64,000 nucleotides of DNA, taken from contig NC_043000.1 in NCBI RefSeq assembly GCF_006345805.1, positions 162,998,001 through 163,062,000 on the forward strand, given 5' to 3'. Under the pieces are notes generated by a model that was not told the origin of the DNA, did not search any database, and saw only the letters and a program-made list of their open reading frames with translations. The stretch is from Octopus sinensis (taxonomy: Eukaryota). Positions 40,940 to 53,759 of this stretch are shown one piece after another (the first letter of the stretch is position 1; every line of letters starts with the position of its first letter). The translations under genes and the position numbers were made by a program.

Positions 40940-41500
40940 CTGCAAGACTAACTTGAACAGTCTGCAACGGAGACTACGAAGCCGTGGCGAGCCAGAAAGA
41001 ACACAGCAGGTTTTCTCATTGAGTCTGCATGCTAAGATTCATCCCAGATCTTTGAACAACGCTTTAGGCTCAATTCAGATGGCAGTGACGCTGTTGGAAA
41101 CTGTGGGTGGTCAAGTCCTAGCTGGAAAGGGTTGCTGTTGGAAAGGCATATGTTTAGTAGCAGGATTTGGCTCCTTACCATATCCCCAGAAAAGACACCG
41201 AAGTGGTTGTCGGATGATTTCTACAACTTTATCAACTCCAAGTTATGGTTTCCTAATTCTCCCAATTGTAATCCCATGATTTACTATGTGTGAGGTGCAG
41301 TTGAGAAGGTCTCTAAATGCTCTGACTGCAACACCAAGGCCGAGCTTGTAACCAAGAAAAAAACCGCGGTGGAAGCTGAGGGCGGCTACTTTGAGTAAGC
41401 GCCCAGTCATAAACTTATTCATAATTTTTGATTTTAAAATACTTTATGTTTGGATAATACATTGCGTTTTGTTTCCTTTTATGCAAACTCTCAATTTTAA
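40940..41500 (+). mobile_element. Second maT-type transposase remnant (C-terminal half)
   Basis: QDLAPYHI..KWLSDDFY..WFPNSPNCNPMIYYV*GAVEK..AVEAEGGYFE*. Confidence 0.8.
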
Positions 41501-41579
41501 ACCATATATATATATATATATTATATATATATATATATATTATATATATATATATATATATAGTGGTTGTCTACTCCTT

Positions 41580-42012
41580 ATGAAGAGTCTGATCACCTCT
41601 TGTACTTATACATTAGAGCCATCATGGTGATTAATGTGGCTTTTTAATCCAGACAATGTATTGAAAAGACACCCACATAGATTGCATAACTGATTTGAAC
41701 CACTAAGAGCTGCAGCTAAGGTCTGATCTTTGTAAATCTTAAAATGTCTTTTGAGGCTTCCGTTAGATTTGCAGACATTATGGCATACACGGCTCTGAAA
41801 GGGATGCATAGATATATTGACAGAGTAGTTGCTGGAGGTGCGTTTTTATGGGTGTGCAGATGAGATTTGAGCCCCGCAAAAGAAAGGTATCACTTGTCAC
41901 AAATTGTGAGCACAAAAAGGTCGCTGAGATTCACATTCTTGTTGATCGCAACATTCTTCATTAAATCTCTCTTGAGTCTTGCATGTGTCATCCTGGCCTC
42001 CTCAAAAGTTTT
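41580..42012 (-). mobile_element. RTE LINE 3' end carrying three degenerate C2H2 zinc fingers
   Basis: KTFEEARMTHARLKR followed by ICDK*YLSFAGLKSHLHTH, VCHNVCKSNGSLKRHFKI, CNLCGCLFNTLSGLKSHINHH. Confidence 0.65.
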
Positions 42013-42110
42013 CACTCCATTCCATACGTGCATACATACATAAATACATGTGCATACATACATGCATACATAAACAGATAAACAGCTAGATAAACAAACA
42101 TATATATAAT

Positions 42111-42163
<53 letters not shown>

Positions 42164-42557
42164 CATATGCATATTGTCTGTCTCCTCTCCTATCTTTCCT
42201 CCCTCCAGTCAAAAATTGTGTCTCCAGCGTTTTCCACCTCACCTCGTGTGGCCTAGCGGCCCTCACTGTTTGCTTTTACTGTCCTGTTTTTGTTACCAGC
42301 TTTGACCCTCCGCAAATCTCAAATTTTATTTTAGTTCGCGGGAGTAGTAACTGCTTTCTCGAAGGCGCATATTGTGAATGAGGAGTAGATAGACAGCCGA
42401 CAACTGATGAAGGGTCGTTCTTTATGTTACTTGTCTTGTTTTCTATTTGTTATTCTCATTGTTCGCATACAAAAGTTTGTCTTCGTATTTCATGTTTACG
42501 GTTTATATATATATATATCATTTATATCATTTATATTATATATTTAAATATATATAT

Positions 42558-42755
42558 ATACACGGTGTGATGAATCAACTGTCGTCTAAATTACGCAAAA
42601 TAACACTGGCATCTCATTTTAACAGATATATTCACCAGAATTACATAAAAATATCTTGAAATACTAAAGAGTAAATCTAATCAATAAAATTGCCATTGGC
42701 TTCAACAGCGGCCTCCAGACAACTTCGGAATCCCCTGCAAATTTTTTAGACTATG
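42558..42755 (-). mobile_element. Third maT-type fragment: C-terminus plus right end
   Basis: KICRGFRSCLEAAVEANGNFID*; terminus TA-CACGGTGTG. Confidence 0.65.
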
Positions 42756-43078
42756 TAATAATTGAAGTAGAAGAAAGGTCAATATTATACAAAATTTCTT
42801 GCACTTTCAAAATCTACAACCTTACAGCGCAGATGTAAATATGCAGAGAAAAACATAGTAATAGCAAATTTAATTGGTATGTCTATTGTAATTATTTTGA
42901 TTTTCTAACTTATGTATCCTTCACGAATAGCGGAAAGTAAATTTCAACTAGCTTGTAAGTTCATGTGCGTTTGTATATGGGTGTGTATATGTAATAACAA
43001 ATTAGGAGTTACGAAACGACTATAAAGAGAGAGGCAGATATAGAAAATGGGAAAGAGTGCAAACGAATATGCACATGC

Positions 43079-43118
<40 letters not shown>

Positions 43119-43332
43119 AAATCTCAGATGTATATAAGACAATTTTTTTGGAAAATGTATTTATGATAAAATTATGAAACTTCTCTCACATCACTCATTT
43201 AGAAGCACGGCAAAAAATGAAACCTACTCTACACTGTATGCTACTTGTGAGCCTGCTAACAAGATGCTTTCTTCTTATTTCCAAAGGTATGTAAAAACAA
43301 ATATTTATATACATCCACACGAACATAAATAA

Positions 43333-43419
<87 letters not shown>

Positions 43420-44966
43420 ATTTATGTATGTATGCATCAATATGAGTATTATGTATGTATGTATGTATGTATGTATGTATGTATGTATGTATGTATGTAT
43501 GATTGTATGTATGTATGTACGTATGTATGTATGTAGATCTTTAGCTGGGCTAAAAAGTCACATTCGATCACAGCACCAGTAACAGTTAAGCTTCGTGCAA
43601 TGGCCATACTCGATAACGAGTGGGCAGCCATAATGTATGTATGTATGCATATATGTATATATATATATATCACTATATAAATAGGGAGAGAGAGAGAGAG
43701 AGGGAGAGAGAGAGAGAGTATTCTTTGCTCTACTGCTATACACAAGTGCGTGTTGAAACCTTGGATGTCCTGTACACGAAAATGTCTAACGACGTTGTTA
43801 GCATTGTGTAGTCATGCGTATGTGCTTTCGTGTTATGTGTATGTGTTTGTGTGTGTGTGTATGTGCACGCGCGTTATGAGAGAGAGAAAGAGAGAGAGAG
43901 AAAGAGAGAAAGAGAGAGAGAGAAAGAGAGAGAGAGAGTGAGTTTGTGTGTAGGAAACAACTTTTCTTTGAAGCATGTTATATAGAAATCATCTGCTGGA
44001 AGACCTACGCGGTGAATTCGAACCTTCTACTACATCGTTGCGAACCGGACTTCTTTTCTGTACAACTATTACATAAGTTTCTTTAAACTTCTTAACCAGT
44101 CAGCTGTTACATAAGCTTTTAAGATTTTATCTGAGGCTTTTTTTAAATATACTGACAATAAAAACAGATTAGGTTTATATAACAAGCAATCCGCTAAAAA
44201 ATACAATGGAGAAGTGTCGATTTCAGGTATTTTCTCCTTTATATTATATTTATAATATATTTAGTTTGAAGCAATTTAGTTCCTACGTTCATTAACTTTT
44301 CTAGATTTTCTCGATTTCACCTTCTGAATAAAGTTGATGATAGCTAAGTTTTAAAAGCCACAATTGATACGAAGAGCAGAGAAATATCTAAGAAACCTTT
44401 TTAATATTTTTCTGCTGTGGGGAAGAGAAAAGATATTATGATATAAGTAGTGCCTTTCACATCACTTGGAATTTTTATCTATTACACGTTCTTCATTCAC
44501 TCTTGTCGATCGATCCTCTCAGCCAATGGCTAAAACACGATACAAAACGCCAAAATCATTCTTATCATTGAGAAAATGAAACTGAGAATGTGTTAACACG
44601 TTAATGAACCTGGCTCCGTCATAATTTCTAACTAAACATAGAGGACTAACGATTTAATTGCAAATAACCCTAAAAAAACTGGAAGTTCTGCATAAATACT
44701 TCCAATATAACACATGCGTACAAAGACACACGTATATATTAAGGCTTGTCTTTTTTTAACGTATCATTATATACTAAAAGAGTGGCACATTGATTGAATG
44801 ATCACGTGATAGTATTTAGTAGTGCACCATATTTATTTCCTTTTATGTTCTCAAAGAATACGTTGACGGTTACTTCGAATTCCCTGGCTACTGAGCAGAA
44901 ACTGCTTAGATCTAACTCGTTTTCCTTCTAAAATAATGTGTGTTTGTGTGTGTATGTGTGTGTGTG

Positions 44967-45048
<82 letters not shown>

Positions 45049-45493
45049 CAGGCAGACAGATAGATGAACGCACGTGAAACTAAGCCGCATAAATTAAGTT
45101 CATTTAAGCGATACGTTTAATTATTGTGAGTGAAACAACGGTGAAAATGTCCCTCACATACATAACTTAAAGAAAATAGAGAATATTTACCACAAGTTAC
45201 CTCGGTGGACATCTACATGGATATTTGTATGACAATTCCTCATGCCAGCCGCTGATGAACTAAAAAGTAGTTATCCGCTCGTTCAAGCAATTTAGCCACA
45301 GGTTGGTACATAAATCGATAAGGAACAGGTCAAAGGAAGGACTGGTTACTTTACACAGTAACCGCTAACGTATATTTAAATAGAATTTCAGTTGCTTTCG
45401 ACATTATTTGGAGAGCTTTTTTGCTTCTTTTGTAACAAGTCTCAGTACGTCCATGCGTTTTCAGATTTGTTCGTTTGCTCTATTCATTTCAGA

Positions 45494-45700
45494 TTGCAAG
45501 AGACACAGTTGTTGACATACTCTATTTGATTAGCCTTTAATGATTATTTCTAATTGCAAACAACAATATTTATGTCTGTGATGATGGGTATGTCCTTGTA
45601 GTCGGTGTTATAGTCATGGATGTGCGCAGTGAACCACCTGGAATGGGAACACATATCACAATGCACACTGTATAATTTGTCTCTAATTCAAGTACGTTTG
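45494..45700 (+). pseudogene. Decayed sushi/CCP-domain exon
   Basis: Strong acceptor ctattcatttcag; YVCDDGYVLVVG then a frameshift to SWMCAVNHLEWEHISQC fits Y-x-C-x-x-GY-x-L-x-G..C..W..C; in-frame stops upstream. Confidence 0.4.
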
Positions 45701-45999
45701 TAACATCTGTCACTCATTTGTGTGCGTATAACTTTGAATGTTGCTTAGTGACAATATTAAACGACTTGATTACGTCGACTTACATATTCAAGTTCAATAA
45801 ATTGATTCTTTCTCCCAGGTCGTTTCTTTTTATTACAAAGTCATATCTGAGGCATAGCTAAAGCTGCATCTGGAAAGCATTGCTTTTATTTCGAGATTGG
45901 AAATTTCTTCAGATCTGAACAGCTGCAAATCAATGCATGGCCCCATTGTACTCCACACTAGGTTGCTGTTCAAGAAATTACAACTTCACACATTTCAGA

Positions 46000-47315
46000 C
46001 ATTCTAGACTTTGCAGACAGTCATAAAACAGAGTTTTCGTCTAACACAATTTGACACAGCAAAGTGAAAATTCTTACGACATATTATTATAAAAGTCCTT
46101 ACTATTTCAATGGAAACTTGTATAATGTCAACAAAAGTACTAAGAACTTCTTTGCTATCATTACAGACCAAAGGTTTTAGACATAAGTTGAATCCAATCA
46201 AATATTCGTTCATTTTACAATTTAGTAAAAAGTATATCGTATCTTAATCATTGAGCTCTGTAGTATTCTTTTCTTATCTTATCTTTCATGTGTTGTATCG
46301 TATCTAGTTCATTGATTCCTAAGTATTTGTATGTCTGGCTTTGCTCTAATTCACTTATTTCATTTGTTTTATCTAGTGTGGTGTTGCTACTCTTAGCTAG
46401 TTTTTCTCTTTTCAAAGTTGCTTTGGCACATTTTTTTCTAAGCCAAATTTCATGTTTATCTCTTTGGTAAATCCATGTACCGTCTGTGGTAATGCTTCCA
46501 GCTATTTATCATTTGTAGCGTACAATTTCAGATCATCCATATATGAGAGGTGGCTGATTGTTTTGCCGTAACAGTTGTATCCACCTTCAGTTCTGTTTAG
46601 CATGTCAAATAAAAGTTTCACTGCCAAGCAGAAGAGGAATGGAGAGAGCATGTCTCCCTAGAATATTCCTCTTCTAATGGGGATGGATTTGATATTTATG
46701 AGTACCTCTTTTGTCTGCCATTTATTCATGGAATGTTTTATGTATTTTATGATTATTGGTGCTACCTTGTACATAGCTACTGTTTCTAGGATCTATGTGT
46801 GGGGAATATTATCAAAAACGTTTCGGTAATCTATCCAGGCCATACTTAGATCCTTCTTTCTTCGGCTGTCTCCAGTTATGGCTATATTGATCAGTAGCTG
46901 ATCTTTAGAGCCGTATGGGCCCTTGTAGCATCCCTTCTGCTCTTTTGGAAACAGATTGTTTACGTCCAGATATTTTCTTATTCTCTGCGATATTATTGCA
47001 GTAAAGACTTTGTAGATTGTAAGGAGACAATTTATCGGTCTGTAATTTTGCGGGTTTGCCATTTCAGTGGATTTGGGAATTAAGATAGTTTTTCCCTTCC
47101 GTGAGCCATTCAGGCATTGCCTCTGGCTCTGCTAGTATTTCATTAACTTTTTGAGCCAGCTTTTTGTGTGTTCCTGTTAGGTATTTTAGCCAGAAGTTGG
47201 GGATCTTGTTATTTTCCTTCCAGATTTGATGTGTATATGTTGTGTTTTCGTTGTGGGTAGAACACAGCTGTAAAATAAGCGTGTAGGATTGAAATATATT
47301 CCTCACGTGTCCATT

Positions 47316-47362
<47 letters not shown>

Positions 47363-47420
47363 GCTGTTGTTATCGCCGCTATACTGGGAAGACACGGTTT
47401 CTTAAAGCTCCGCAAGTTGT
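46000..47420 (-). mobile_element. R4/Dong-like RT remnant, internally deleted
   Basis: KWTREEY, PNFWLKYL, PEWLTEGK, NYRPINCLLTIYK, EQKGC, AWIDYRNVFDNIPH, GDMLSPFLF, YMDDLKLY, YKYLGI. Confidence 0.9.
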
Positions 47421-47859
47421 AAGAGTGTTTATAATCTTTTCGGTTTTCTAAAGCCCCGTTCTTTCAGTTTTATTGTCACCGCCTCAGTTTCTGACATTGT
47501 TTCGACTGCGCTGATAGCAAAAATACTAAGAAACACCCGCTGTTTTGCAGGAATGCACATCAATAATCTTTTTTTTCATTCGCCAACTGACGGAAAAAGC
47601 AAATATTTTGCTATTTTCCATATATATTGAAACATAACTGACAAAGAAGTCATCATAATGTTCGACGACGGGACGCGTTCCTTGTCGGACAAAAAAAGAG
47701 AATACTGGCGTACTATTGGCTACAGTTAATGACGTCACCGCCACGCTAACGAAAACAAAATCCCAGTCGAATGCATTTTCGTCTCTAAGCAGTGTCAAAC
47801 ATCAAAGCAGTTACATAATTAAGCATAATTACTGAGTTGTTAGAATAGAATTGTTAACT

Positions 47860-48015
47860 CAGAGCTCCTTCAAATGCAGTCGCTTATGCGTGACTGCCGC
47901 TCCCGTGTGGGCCTCTACAACCACAACAGACGCTGCACCACCATCAGCAGTTGACACGATTTCTTTGGGCGCAGGTCCATGACCTCTCACGACCAACGGA
48001 TGCCTACAACGACTA
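47860..48015 (+). mobile_element. RTE/BovB-like 3' end
   Basis: RDCRSRVGLYNHNRRC* followed by catgacctctcacgaccaacggatgcctac. Confidence 0.65.
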
Positions 48016-48345
48016 CTATATTTAGATAGGTAGATGTCCTGATCTAAACCGATTCCGACTTTTTGCCTGTTCATACTTTCTTTCTACTGTACATGTACCA
48101 GTTCAATGATAAACCCCTGTGGCCATTCTTTGCTGGGCTGCTATAACACACTACTTAATTTGTTTTAGTCACAGTTCAAGTTGGAATTTTAAGTAGTCAA
48201 TCAACTTGAACAATTACTGTATATACATACCTATGACATGACGTCATCAAATGCAATTTTTATTTAAATCGTCATGACTTGGAGTATGGTGCCTTTGACG
48301 TGTGTGTGTGTGTGTGTTTGCATCTGTGTGTGTGTGTGTGTATGT

Positions 48346-48384
<39 letters not shown>

Positions 48385-48548
48385 CATATGTGGAAACACT
48401 TCTGCTTCTGTTAAATTAGATTTCTTTCTATTTCAGCAGAAAACAATTCAACACAAAATCGATGCAATAAGTACCAGTTGAGTATTGGGGTTGACGTAAT
48501 CGACTTACCCCTCCCCGAACTTGCTGGCCTTGTGCCAAAATTTGAAAG

Positions 48549-48597
<49 letters not shown>

Positions 48598-48714
48598 TTA
48601 GGCTTTTGCTTTGTATTTGAACAAGGTGACTCCAAGTCTCATCCAGAGACCTCAAGAGACAGCAAGTTACAATTTCAAGTTGGTGTTACTTTAATAATTA
48701 TTATTATCTGGCGC

Positions 48715-48900
48715 GTGTAAGTGAAAGCCGGGTATTGTAATCACTCGTCTTTGTCTGTTTGGGTTTGTGTTTGCAAAATTACTACAAAACGGCGGAACGG
48801 ATTTTCACAACATTTGGTAGAAATACTCATTGGGTGAGTGGCTCAAAATGATGAACATTTAGTTCGATTATCTTAAAAAAAAAAATTGAATTTACAAAAT
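48715..48900 (+). mobile_element. Helentron/DINE-like non-autonomous fragment
   Basis: gtctgtttg..gcaaaattact..aacggattttcac..tttgg pattern; recalled similarity only. Confidence 0.35.
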
Positions 48901-49404
48901 TCGAACTCACAAATTTCGCGATCAGCAAGTGGTCATTTAATTTTGTTCACTTTCTTTTCCTTGTGAATCGAGCCTTGTCTGCGTGTGTATAGATCATGAT
49001 GTACCTATGAGCGTAGACACGTGTGCGTACATACATACATATGGGATTCTGTGTGTGTATGTGTGTGTGTGTGTCTGTGTGTGTGTGTGTATTTGTGTGT
49101 GTGTGTGTGTGCGTACGTGCGTGTACACTGATGAAATCGAGGGTTTCGTTTATTTACGAGTTGATTTATTGATTTCACCGGAGTATAAATAACTATAATG
49201 GTGATACTTAAAAAAAATTAATTCAGTTCAATTAAAAAGCATAGGTAAGCAACGCGTTGTAAGCCACACTATAATCTGCAAAAACATTTATCTGCGCGCA
49301 GTGTATGCATCACCCCTATGGTGCCTCTTTCCCCCATTATTGTTGTTGTTGTTATTGTTGTTGTTGTTGCTGTTGTTCTTCTTACTATTATTTACTTTTA
49401 ATCT

Positions 49405-49809
49405 AAGGCGGCGAGCTGGCAGAATCGTTAGCACGCCAAGCGAAATGCTTAACGGTATTTCGTCTGTCCTTACGTTCTGAGTTCAAATTCCGCCGAGGTT
49501 GACTTTGCCTTTCATCCTTTCGAGGTCAATAAATTAAGTACCAGTTCCGCACTGGGGTCGATGTAATCGACTTAATACCTATGTCTGTCCTTGTTTGTCC
49601 CCTCTATGTTTAGCTCCTTGTGAGTAATAAAGAAATAGGTATTTCGTCTGTCCTTACGTTCTGAGTTCAAATTCCGCCGAGGTCCACTTTGCGTTTCAGC
49701 CTAACAGGGTCGATAAATTAAGTGCCAGTTGTGTAATGGAGTCGATTTAATCGACTGCCCCCCCCTCCCACAAAATTTTAGGCCTCGTGCCTATTGTAGA
49801 AAAGATTAT
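49405..49809 (+). mobile_element. SINE A dimer
   Basis: Head+body+tail1, junction aaataggtatttcg, second body ending in tail 2. Confidence 0.9.
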
Positions 49810-50021
49810 TTACTTTCAATCTGCATGTTTGATGCAGTCCCTTGCCGGAACAAACCCAGCACCCTAAGGCAAATGAAGGTTCAGAGATGTTGAAATATAA
49901 TTAAACTGAAAGCTTGAGGAGGGAAAGCGGTGAGAGCAGTTGGGAAATACCTCCATATAGTACAACTCAAACATTTAAATTGATAGGCGTTTTCTAAGGA
50001 TGTGAGCCGTACTTGTCAGCA

Positions 50022-50061
<40 letters not shown>

Positions 50062-50120
50062 TGCTTTTCAAATCCCCAAAAAATAAAATCTAAACCTCAG
50101 ATGTCTTAGGGAACATTTAT

Positions 50121-52160
50121 TTACAAAAGCGTATATTTTTCATCAAATTTTTTCAGAGATGCTTTTTCTTCCCTCTGCTTGTATCTATTAGAAATTTCCA
50201 GAAGAACTCCTACTACCAAAATGAATATCGAACCGAGAAATAGCAATACACCAAATATTGGTTTCTCCAGTTTGGACGACTTCTCCTTTGCAATATTGCC
50301 GTTTCGGTTGATTTTCACGGTTGTTGTTGTTGTTGTTGTTGCTGTTGTTGTTGTAGTTGATATTTGTGGTTCTGTAGCTGCTATTGCACTTCCGTCATCT
50401 CTATTACTGCGAAGGCTTGTACTTGCATTGTTTCTACCAGTATTGGCGTCACCAACAAAGTCTTCCCTGTCATCGACGCCATTTTCTCTGTCAATGCTCT
50501 CTGCCAAATATTGTCGGTGAGTTGGCGTGATCGCTGACACGCTTCTCACAGTTGATATCGATCCTGTAAGAATTAAATGAGATTTTATAAGCTTAATCAA
50601 AATGTAACACCTAAACAATGAACACTTGGCACTTTTGAATATATTTTATAGACGGGACAAAGAGTGAAAAATTAAGAAAGCGAAGGAGAGACAGAAGTCA
50701 AAGAAAATCAAAGTTCTGAGAATAGAATTTATTTTCAACTTATCTATTTAGTTCTGGGGTTAACGTCCTTGGTTCCAGTTATTTTACAAATGACTTCTCG
50801 GGTTTTACTTCAAATCTCCAAGGTTTAATCTCAAACTTAAACTCCCAGGTTATATTTGTCTTTAGGGTGCAGGGTATTGACTACTAAGCTTTTATCTTGA
50901 ACGAGAAATTGCTGTTCCTGGCCCAATAGTAAAAGTCTACGATTAGCTTGAACATTTACTCGGTTTCACGTGTAGGAGCACTCCGTCGGTTACGACGACG
51001 AGGGTTCCGGTTGATCCGATCAACGGAACAGCTTGCTCGTGGAATTAACGTGCAAGTGACTGAGCATTCCACAGACACGTGTACCCTTAACGTAGTTCTC
51101 GAGGAGATTCAGCGTGACACAGAGTAACAAGGCCGGCCCTTTGAAATACAGGTACAACAGAAACAGGAAGAAAGAGTGAGAGAAAGTTGCGGCGAAAGAG
51201 TACAGCAGGGATCACCACCATCCCCTGCCGGAGCCTCGTGGAGCTTTTAGATGTTTTCGCTCAATAAACACTCACAATGCCCGGTCTGGGAATCGAAACC
51301 GCGAGTCCGCTGCCCTAACCACTGGGCCATTGCGCCTCCACGGTTTCACGTGTAGGCTTCTTAACACCCTTGGAATTACTTAGTGTCCGTAAGTATGTCG
51401 TTGTTAAAGCTGGATGACTTATATTTGATTCGTTAGTAGGAGTGAACATTTTCTTTTAACCTTGGTTGATTTTAAGTGTGGAATCTCTTCTTACTTCACT
51501 TCTTGTCACAACCAGTTTACACTCCGAATTCTGCTGGATGAAAAATGTGTTTTAAGATTTGAAGATAATATATTTCTTTGATTGGAGGAATGACGAGAAA
51601 GTTTCTTCTCTCCTGCCCGGGATGAAACCAGGCTGATTCACGGTGAATATTGAGGTCATTGTATGCATTTTGCCTTTGAAACAATACATCTTAATGAATT
51701 ATTACTGACCATGGGATGTCCAGACACCCAGTCGATTGAATGTTAGTGAAACTTTAAAACAAAACACAGAAGCTATCCGCCGAATAAATATTGTACAGAA
51801 CAATAAAAATATTTCTTTTGCTCGTTATAAACACCGTGAAGCTTCCCCCCCCCCAATTAACTAAGCACTATAAATGAAATTAGAACCTGTAATTCATGCG
51901 CTAAAAAATAAATCATGATACCACTATAACCTATCATTAAGCGCCTATTTTAACGGATCTGGAATTTCAAAATTAATTAATCAAACTCGTAAAAATTGTA
52001 AGATTTGATAATTTTGTCGATACATTCTGAAACACATTTAGTAAACATTTACCACTTTACATAAATTCATCTAATATATAAGTGTAAGCTGAGGGAACCA
52101 AAAGACTACATGAACTAGATACTTACTGCAGATTGCTAATGTATAATAGCACAAAATCAT
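50121..52160 (-). CDS. Small mucin-like type I membrane protein, 172 aa; coding exons 52160-52127, 51751-51710, 50563-50121
   Basis: All junctions GT/AG and phase 1; MILCYYTLAICISLTFNRLGVWTSHG (signal-like), S/T-rich stalk, TM PIFGVLLFLGSIFILVVGVLLEI, basic tail ending DEKYTLL*; the last exon is open for 147 codons and is the strongest part. Confidence 0.65.
50977..51340 (-). mobile_element. SINE family C, intronic, 16-bp TSD
   Basis: cggtttcacgtgtagg at 50961-50976 and 51341-51356. Confidence 0.95.
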
Positions 52161-52590
52161 ACAAGAAACCAATCACAGAAACATGCAATATTTCAAAAAC
52201 CTGAACAAGGCAGTTAAATATAGAATGCAGACGTGACATGACGTTAAAAGGCCATTTGGCCAATTTCACTCCAGATCAAACTTCGTTATTGTAACTAGTC
52301 TCTGGAACTTAGATTTGTAAAAATGGTTATCATTCTATATGAGATATGGAAAGACAAGCTATTTAATCTAAGCAACAGTTGTCGGATTTCTTGCTTCTTT
52401 CTCTACTCTCATAAACTGTCTTTGTCATTTAATGTTATCAGTTCCACATAAACGAATGATAACGTTCTTTTCCACTTCAAATATTCAGGTACATTTCTGC
52501 ACCAATGTATGTCAGTGATATTTAGGGCGTGTGTTTTAAAAATCGCCATGTCTTTGTCTAGCTCTTGCTGTTATTCGAGATATATATATG

Positions 52591-52692
<102 letters not shown>

Positions 52693-52726
52693 ATATATAT
52701 ATATATATATACAAATACAAATATAT

Positions 52727-52770
<44 letters not shown>

Positions 52771-52809
52771 CATATATATATATATTATATATATATATAT
52801 ATTTGTATT

Positions 52810-52856
<47 letters not shown>

Positions 52857-53173
52857 ATATATATATATATTTATATACGAGAAAGAAGCAACAAGAATGG
52901 ATTAGTTTTTAGTACAATTGTTTCATACAAAGACAGGCTTTATTAAAAGTTGCAAATATTGCAGCAGATAAAAGTGTCCCGTACTCATCAGCTAAAATAC
53001 ATATGAGTTCTCCAAACATCTTAGTGGGTGAGGCTACACTCATGAAGTATTGGAGATAATTTCATTAAAAGCAGATTCAGGTTGGAAACAGACTTCCAAA
53101 GTTCTTTAATGATGATGCACAGTCTTATCACAGTCTTATCACACTACAGTCATCTTTTTCTTTATAACTGTAC

Positions 53174-53214
53174 CTGATTTTGAGCACAAGGAAACAAATA
53201 GTACTTGTACGTTG
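53174..53214 (-). other. Candidate upstream (5'UTR) exon of the membrane-protein gene
   Basis: Acceptor cttcatttaag, donor CAG|gtacag. Confidence 0.3.
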
Positions 53215-53759
53215 CTTAAATGAAGTTTTATTTAATTTTAAAATTAAATTTTTAATTTTTAATTTAATTTAATCTAATTTAGGTAACACAACTTTAATAA
53301 AATAAGTTACTAAGGCTTCATAATTCTATTACAAAATTAAATAAGTAATGCTACTCCCTTGAAAGTAGTATGAGAAATTTCAGTATAATAGGCAATTCCC
53401 TCACACCTTGTAAACTATTGACCTGTAGTCTGTCAATGTATAGATAGTAACGGCAACAATTTAAGACTAACAGTAATAAATAAATAAATAAATTTAAATG
53501 ACCTCTTGTTAGGATTGCACTTATTTTTTTCTCTTAATGTATTTCCTTTTTATGATAGCCTTTGATCCCTCTATCCCTGACCTTGTTATCTTTTTAGATT
53601 CTCATATCTGCTTTCAGCTACGCCAGGTTGGCAATAAATAGCTGTTTATTGGTCAAAAATAATTTTCTCCTTATAGTTCTTAGATTCCTGCAAATTTCGA
53701 AGCCAGCCAGGCCGTCTACAAATTCTTCTGTGTAGTTGGTCACCTACGACCCCTTTTCC

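Larger units (their letters stand above)
39991..44218. repeat. 236-bp direct repeat pair (39991-40226, 43983-44218)
   Basis: About 4-5 mismatches by eye. Confidence 0.92.

Noticed and set aside
41606-41809. Host C2H2 zinc-finger gene
   Set aside because: Lacks TGEKP linkers, has an in-frame stop and follows an RTE C-terminal motif
17885-47420. One R4 element split by 28 kb of insertions
   Set aside because: Domain order is compatible, but nothing in the sequence links the pieces; independent truncated copies are simpler
50179-50520. Plus-strand hydrophobic ORF
   Set aside because: Shadow of the minus-strand exon; its poly-Val comes from the (GTT)n repeat and it has no supporting splice context
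53174-53214. MRH-domain-like coding exon (TYKYYLFPC)
   Set aside because: Too short, and that reading breaks phase with the downstream exons; treated as possible UTR
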